Positions 59,219-64,000 of a stretch of DNA of 64,000 nucleotides are shown one piece after another. The notes under the pieces were generated by a model, which saw only the letters and a list, made by a program, of their open reading frames with translations, had not been told where the DNA came from and searched no databases. Source of the stretch: Psilocybe cubensis (Eukaryota); the NCBI GenBank assembly GCA_017499595.2, contig CM038999.1:1116001-1180000 (forward strand). Direction: 5' to 3'. The translations under genes were made by a program, and so were the position numbers. Within the stretch, counting starts at the first letter, position 1; each line of letters begins with the position of its first letter.

Positions 59219-60633
59219 ATGTCTGATTCACCCAAATTAATCTTCGTGAGTGAAATCAGTGCGATTGTGATTTTCTATAGCTGACTCGGGCTATTCCAGG
59301 TGACGGGCGCCTCTGGATTCCTCGCCTCACATGTTATCCACGAACTAACCAAACAAGGATATCGAGTCCGAGCGTAAGTTCCCTCTCTATATCGTTTGTG
59401 ATCCAACAAACGCTGATGTGGTGATATATAAATCAGTTCTGCCAGGAAAAATAAGGTGGAACCTCTGCGAGAGCTCTACAAATCTGTGCCCTCCATCGAA
59501 ATCGTTGAAATAGCCGATATCGCCCATGGTGAATTTGAAGAACTACTCCAAGGAGTGGATGCAGTCATACACACTGCCTCTCCTCTTCCGGGACGGCAGG
59601 ACGTCGATTCCATGTTGAAGGTATGCCGCTATCGCTCAGTCATCGAGATCCCATCTGATAAACCCACGAAACAACAGAGTGCCATTGACGGGTCTCTGAA
59701 TGTGCTGAAGCAGGCAGAGAAAGTGGGGATCAAGAAATTCGTTGTCACAGGCTCAACAATATCGGTGCGAGATGATCCTAGAACCGTTGGTGTGTCATTC
59801 CGGGCGGACCGTACGTTATATACCCCCTTTGAATTCAGAGATAGGAGTATTGACTTGCTGTTTCCTACTACATAGACTGGAACCCTGTCACCAAAGAGCA
59901 AGCAAAATCCGGCAATAAAAGTGTTATATACGCAGTAGCCAAAAAATACGCAGAGCTTGCAATTTGGGAATGGGCAGAGGCGAACCCACACGTCGATGTC
60001 ACGACAAGTAAGCCCACTCAATATCCTAAGCTACAAACATAAACTCACGGCTGTACCCATTTCAAGTCAATCCGCCATTCCTCTATGGTCCATTCGCGCC
60101 CCTTCACCTTCCAGTCGCCCCAGGAGATTTCTCTGCCTTATCTTCTGATATAATGGTATACAGCCTCCTTATCCCCACGGGGGTTTACCCGCCTGGCCCA
60201 GGGTATGCAGACTTCAGAGACGTAGCTAAAGCGCACGTCGGTGCACTACGGACCCCGCCAACAGTGGAAGGCAGAAAGCGTATCATCTTCTCTACGCCAG
60301 ACGGACTTGATTTTAACACCGTGTTCGCCACGCTCAAGAAAGCCAGACCAGAGTTAGAGGGTCGTTTAATCAACCAACCACCACCCGTATATCCCTTCGA
60401 TAGATACGACATTGATTTTGACCGTGTTGAAGAAGTGACAGGGATGAAGAAATCGGATTTTCATACGACGGAAGAGGTGGGCGATCTTGAAACACCCCAT
60501 GTCTTAACGAGTACTAACCAAAGGTGTTTTGTGGCAGACCTTCGTGGATACCGTCAATGATATTCTCGACTTGGAGAAGGTGTGGATTGAAAATGGATAC
60601 GTGATCCCGAAAACGTTGCCTTCGATACTGTAG
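59219..60633 (+). CDS. NAD(P)-dependent epimerase/dehydratase-family reductase (GRE2-like), copy 2
   Basis: VTGASGFLASHV, GVDAVIHTASP, FVVTGST, YAVAKKYAELAIW, NPPFLYGP and ADFRDVAKAHV. Same intron positions as copy 1. Confidence 0.93.
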
Positions 60634-60751
60634 TTTTATTGTTTTCTAGCCGCAATCTTGTCGAAGTTTTTCTCTGCTGTTTAATGTGATGCTATTTTCT
60701 ACGTCATAGACGCAGGACTTTTTACATCGGCGAGGATGAAGGCGAATAAAC

Positions 60752-60770
60752 AAAAAAAAAAAAAAAAAAA
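60752..60770. repeat. A19 homopolymer between convergent genes
   Basis: 19 consecutive A directly after AATAAAC. Confidence 0.9.
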
Positions 60771-60885
60771 CACATTAGTGTTGTCTGTCTGACACCATTC
60801 GCACAGCACTACAATTAACAACAACAAAACAGCGATCGAATACATTTGCGTTTTGGGGGGTTTAGCATTACCAAGTGCTCATGCA

Positions 60886-63115
60886 CTAAGCACTTGCATT
60901 TGATATCATACATTGGACACCGTTCTTCATGTGGTCCATGGCGGTTTTATGCTGGCTGACGGCAAGGACAATGAAGCAGTGCCAGATTGCATGAGAACCT
61001 GAGGAAGAATATGATAATCAGCATATTGTTAGCAAATTAGATATTCAAAAGATAAAATAGAGCGTACCGCCACCGATGGTGTCTAATTTCCGCTGGATGT
61101 TTGGAGGGATCACGCGCTCGGGGAAGTGGGCAGCATAGAAAGCAAGTCCAATTAAGTATGACGCCAGAGATGGGAAGACCGGAGCTAAAGACAGATAAAA
61201 TTAGCACAGTTATTAATACAGGGGTTTTTCAGGGATTGCTTTAACGCACAAACGAAAGCCAACATCTCCGCCCTGGAATGCAAGATGGAAAGTGCAACCA
61301 TCGGTCCAATAGCAGAGAAAGAAAGGGTGAGGAAAAACCCAATACGATAGAACTATTCCAAAAGAAAGGGTATGAGTACGACACGTGTAACTGTGTTCAC
61401 CAACATGACCAATTGACGTACTCGGTACTTGTGTTGATTGAACCAATTCATGAAGGGGAAAATGTTGCCGGCTATACCTGTTGTTAAACATAAGCCAAGG
61501 AAAGCACGCCCGACATTTGGATGACAGTCGCTGAATCCGTAGTGAACAATTGTCCCTACGCTAGCGCTTATGAGCCTAGAAAAGATAATGGAAGATGTCA
61601 ACTAAGCGAACCAAAGAAAAATGGAATCGCTCACCATCCGATGCCAACATAATCAACCCGGGCGCAGAACTCCATGCTACGATGATCAGCGCAGCCTGAC
61701 ATCGTGTGCCAGATAGCGCTGCTCGCCAGACAAAGCAGAGCAAAGGCCATGAATAACAGTTCAGGAGTATCGTATTCATGCGTGTTCCAGATTAGAGGGA
61801 GAAGATTTACTCCCCATAGAAGGAATGGTACTAGGTGAGTATGGATATTTACTGACGGGTAGCTTAGCGTAGTATGACCAGTGAGGAAATGGGATACCTA
61901 CAGGTTTCGTTATGGCATGTAAACACTGACATAAGGATGAGAGGCCATTTTTCAATGGGTATGAATCTAGGAGACATCAGAACGTGCAGAGAATAGTGCC
62001 AGAAATAATTCTCACCGATATCCATGTGCAACAAAGGGGTTGTTCCTCCATGGATATGGCAGGTCGGAATATTTGATAAGTCGAACGCCCTCGAACGACC
62101 GCTTGACAGCGACCGCGACTTCGTGAGCTGCTCTCTCCAACATATCCTCCCCCTCTAGAATAATTTCTGGTGTGGAGTTCAAAATATCTTTGACAAGATC
62201 TGAATTCAACAGGGACTGAAGGAGGTCGGCAAGAACGGTATTGGGGGTGAAAGAAGGTGTAGGTATCCCTGATGGCATGTCTAAGCTTGAAAGGTGGGAA
62301 TGAAGGTTTTCTAGATGGTCGGATAGTGTAGGAATGTAGCTAAAGGGACGTTGAAAGTCTATTTCGTGGAATCGTGTACGAACGTCGTCTAGTTTGTTGC
62401 ACATATCAGATAAGTGCGACCGAACTTCGTCCATATGAGGGATACTGGGCATATGCGAACGCATTTCCGTCATGTCGGGTAACGACGGCATATCGGGCAG
62501 ATGAGAACGCATCTCTGCCATGTCAGGTAGGTGTGGCATATCTGGTAAATGTGCGCGCATCTCTGCCATGTCAGGTAGGTGTGGCATCTCTGGTAAATGT
62601 GCGCGCATTTCTGTGAAGTTAGGGACATCGGGCATATCTGGAAGATGAGACTTGACGAAAGCCTCCATGGAGGAGAGATCGGCAAAAGGCAGTTCTGGCA
62701 AATGTGAACAGACATCCTCGCGGATACCTTTGAGCATATCGAGAGCTGTCCGGGCCCACTGTGTTGCCTCCTCTATGGTCAATTCCCCTTGCAGCATCCA
62801 TGCCTCAAAACTTGGAGATTCAAATTCGCTCAAACGCCGTTCGAGATCCGCAAGGTAGGAGAGGACAAGGAAGCGAAGAGACGCAAGGGTCTGCGAGGGT
62901 GATGCAGAGGAAAGGTCGAGTGCCTCAAGAGAGTATGATAGAGAGCGGCAGACTTTCAGTGAAGGCTGGTTTGAGGATGGAGCTGATAATCTGCGCCTTG
63001 TTCGTCGCATACGAAGGCCCTCATTGGCGAAAGAGGCGGTGTTCCCTGTGGCGACGACCGAGATTGAGCTGGTGGACGTACTCGTTCTTGTCGTGGTGAC
63101 AGTTGTCGTCGACAT
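60886..63115 (-). CDS. PAQR/haemolysin-III family membrane protein, Izh3-like (adiponectin-receptor class)
   Basis: LPYPWRNNPFVAHGYRF, HNETLNIHTH, SSAIWHTMSGC...ARVDYVGIG, YAAHFPER and GSHAIWH. Long N-terminal extension as in Izh3. Confidence 0.92.
62461..62652 (-). repeat. Coding tandem repeat, 4 x 48 bp (16 aa) plus a degenerate flanking unit
   Basis: Units start at 62461, 62509, 62557 and 62605; the middle two differ by one base. They encode (E)MR(A/S)HLP(D/E)MP(H/S)LPDM(A/T). Confidence 0.93.
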
Positions 63116-64000
63116 GGGGAACGATGGTGAAAAGAGAGAAAGGGGTGTAAGGAAAGAAAATGAAAGAATGACGGTGTGGCTAATATCAGGCGAACCAAAA
63201 TAATCAGGCGCAAACCAACAGGCACCCACAAAAATCCGCTCCGTGAAACATTACGTAACCATCTCCACTGATCCGATCTGCAATGTTGACCGCAACTTGG
63301 CAGTCACCTACTCCTTCAATGCAACCTTCATGACCATATACTCCTCCAAGGTCTCACTTTCCTAGCCTTATTTTTCCTCAATACAAGGGAGAAACATGCT
63401 TTCAGCTGTGAATACAGAACATGCTAAGCCTTTTCTAATCATCTAATTGTCATCTAGCATCATCTAGGCCGGCCAACCATGCGCTCTGATCAAATTTCAT
63501 TCTTGGCTCCCAGTGTATACTGTATACAGTCTCCTCAACTCTTCGGCATCACCTTTTGAAAGTTGGACCCACAACCTTCAGGTTTTTTCTACTGGGATAC
63601 ATTGTTGCATGGAATCTTGCTCCAGTGTGGTTCTTACATTTTACGAGGTCCTATCTGCTGTCACACTCCTCAAAGTTCAGATAATCATGTGAATCAAAGC
63701 AAATCACGACCAACCACGCCCCAAAATCTTCCTTGCCAAGCCAATGTTGTATTCGTGGTTTCTGTTTAGACGAAATTTGGACTGAGTGTAGGCTTTCATC
63801 TGCAACTCTCCAGGACTCTACAAACTCGACACAAGTACTGTTCAATGCTGTCTTGTACACGCTTCATGGCTAAATGATGTTCAAGAAGCTTGACTTTTTA
63901 TTGGTGAAGGCTAGAACCACCGGGTCCCTTATCAACGTTGAAAATTTCCAGATAAGTATCACTTTGGGATCCCCAGACAGAGACCAGTCGCTTCTACACC

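Noticed and set aside
62461-62652. Repeat as a RiPP/KEX2-processed peptide precursor or CRISPR-like array
   Set aside because: It is in frame within a PAQR membrane protein, with no signal peptide, KR sites or unique spacers.
1-64000. Transposons, tRNA/rRNA genes, secondary-metabolite core genes
   Set aside because: No transposase/RT/integrase motifs, LTRs, cloverleafs, rRNA-like sequence or PKS/NRPS/terpene synthase motifs were recognised by eye. A tRNAscan/Infernal/repeat search is needed to exclude small elements.

Overview
This is intron-rich eukaryotic DNA from an agaricomycete (mushroom-forming basidiomycete), judged from short GT-AG introns with CTRAY-type branch sites and the gene content. 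About 16 apparently intact genes can be reconstructed by hand: a partial Pro/Ser-rich protein, a TAPT1/Emp65 membrane protein, a Ser/Thr-rich single-pass protein, SPO11, a Rap1-like BRCT+3xMyb protein, CDC24, two tandem GH28 polygalacturonases, peptidyl-tRNA hydrolase, two inverted paralogous single-pass beta-sandwich membrane proteins flanking a mitochondrial carrier, a membrane-anchored charged-helix protein with a degenerate Smr-like tail, a GH92 alpha-mannosidase, two GRE2/DFR-like reductases (with a decayed third copy between them) and an IZH3-like PAQR protein with a 48-bp internal repeat. The most striking observation concerns both beta-sandwich paralogues. Each keeps its reading frame only if a single G, lying between two back-to-back short introns (AG|G|GC at 37122+ and AG|G|GT at 44042-), is a 1-nucleotide exon. 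Gene models were built by eye without RNA data or database searches, so exact boundaries are provisional.
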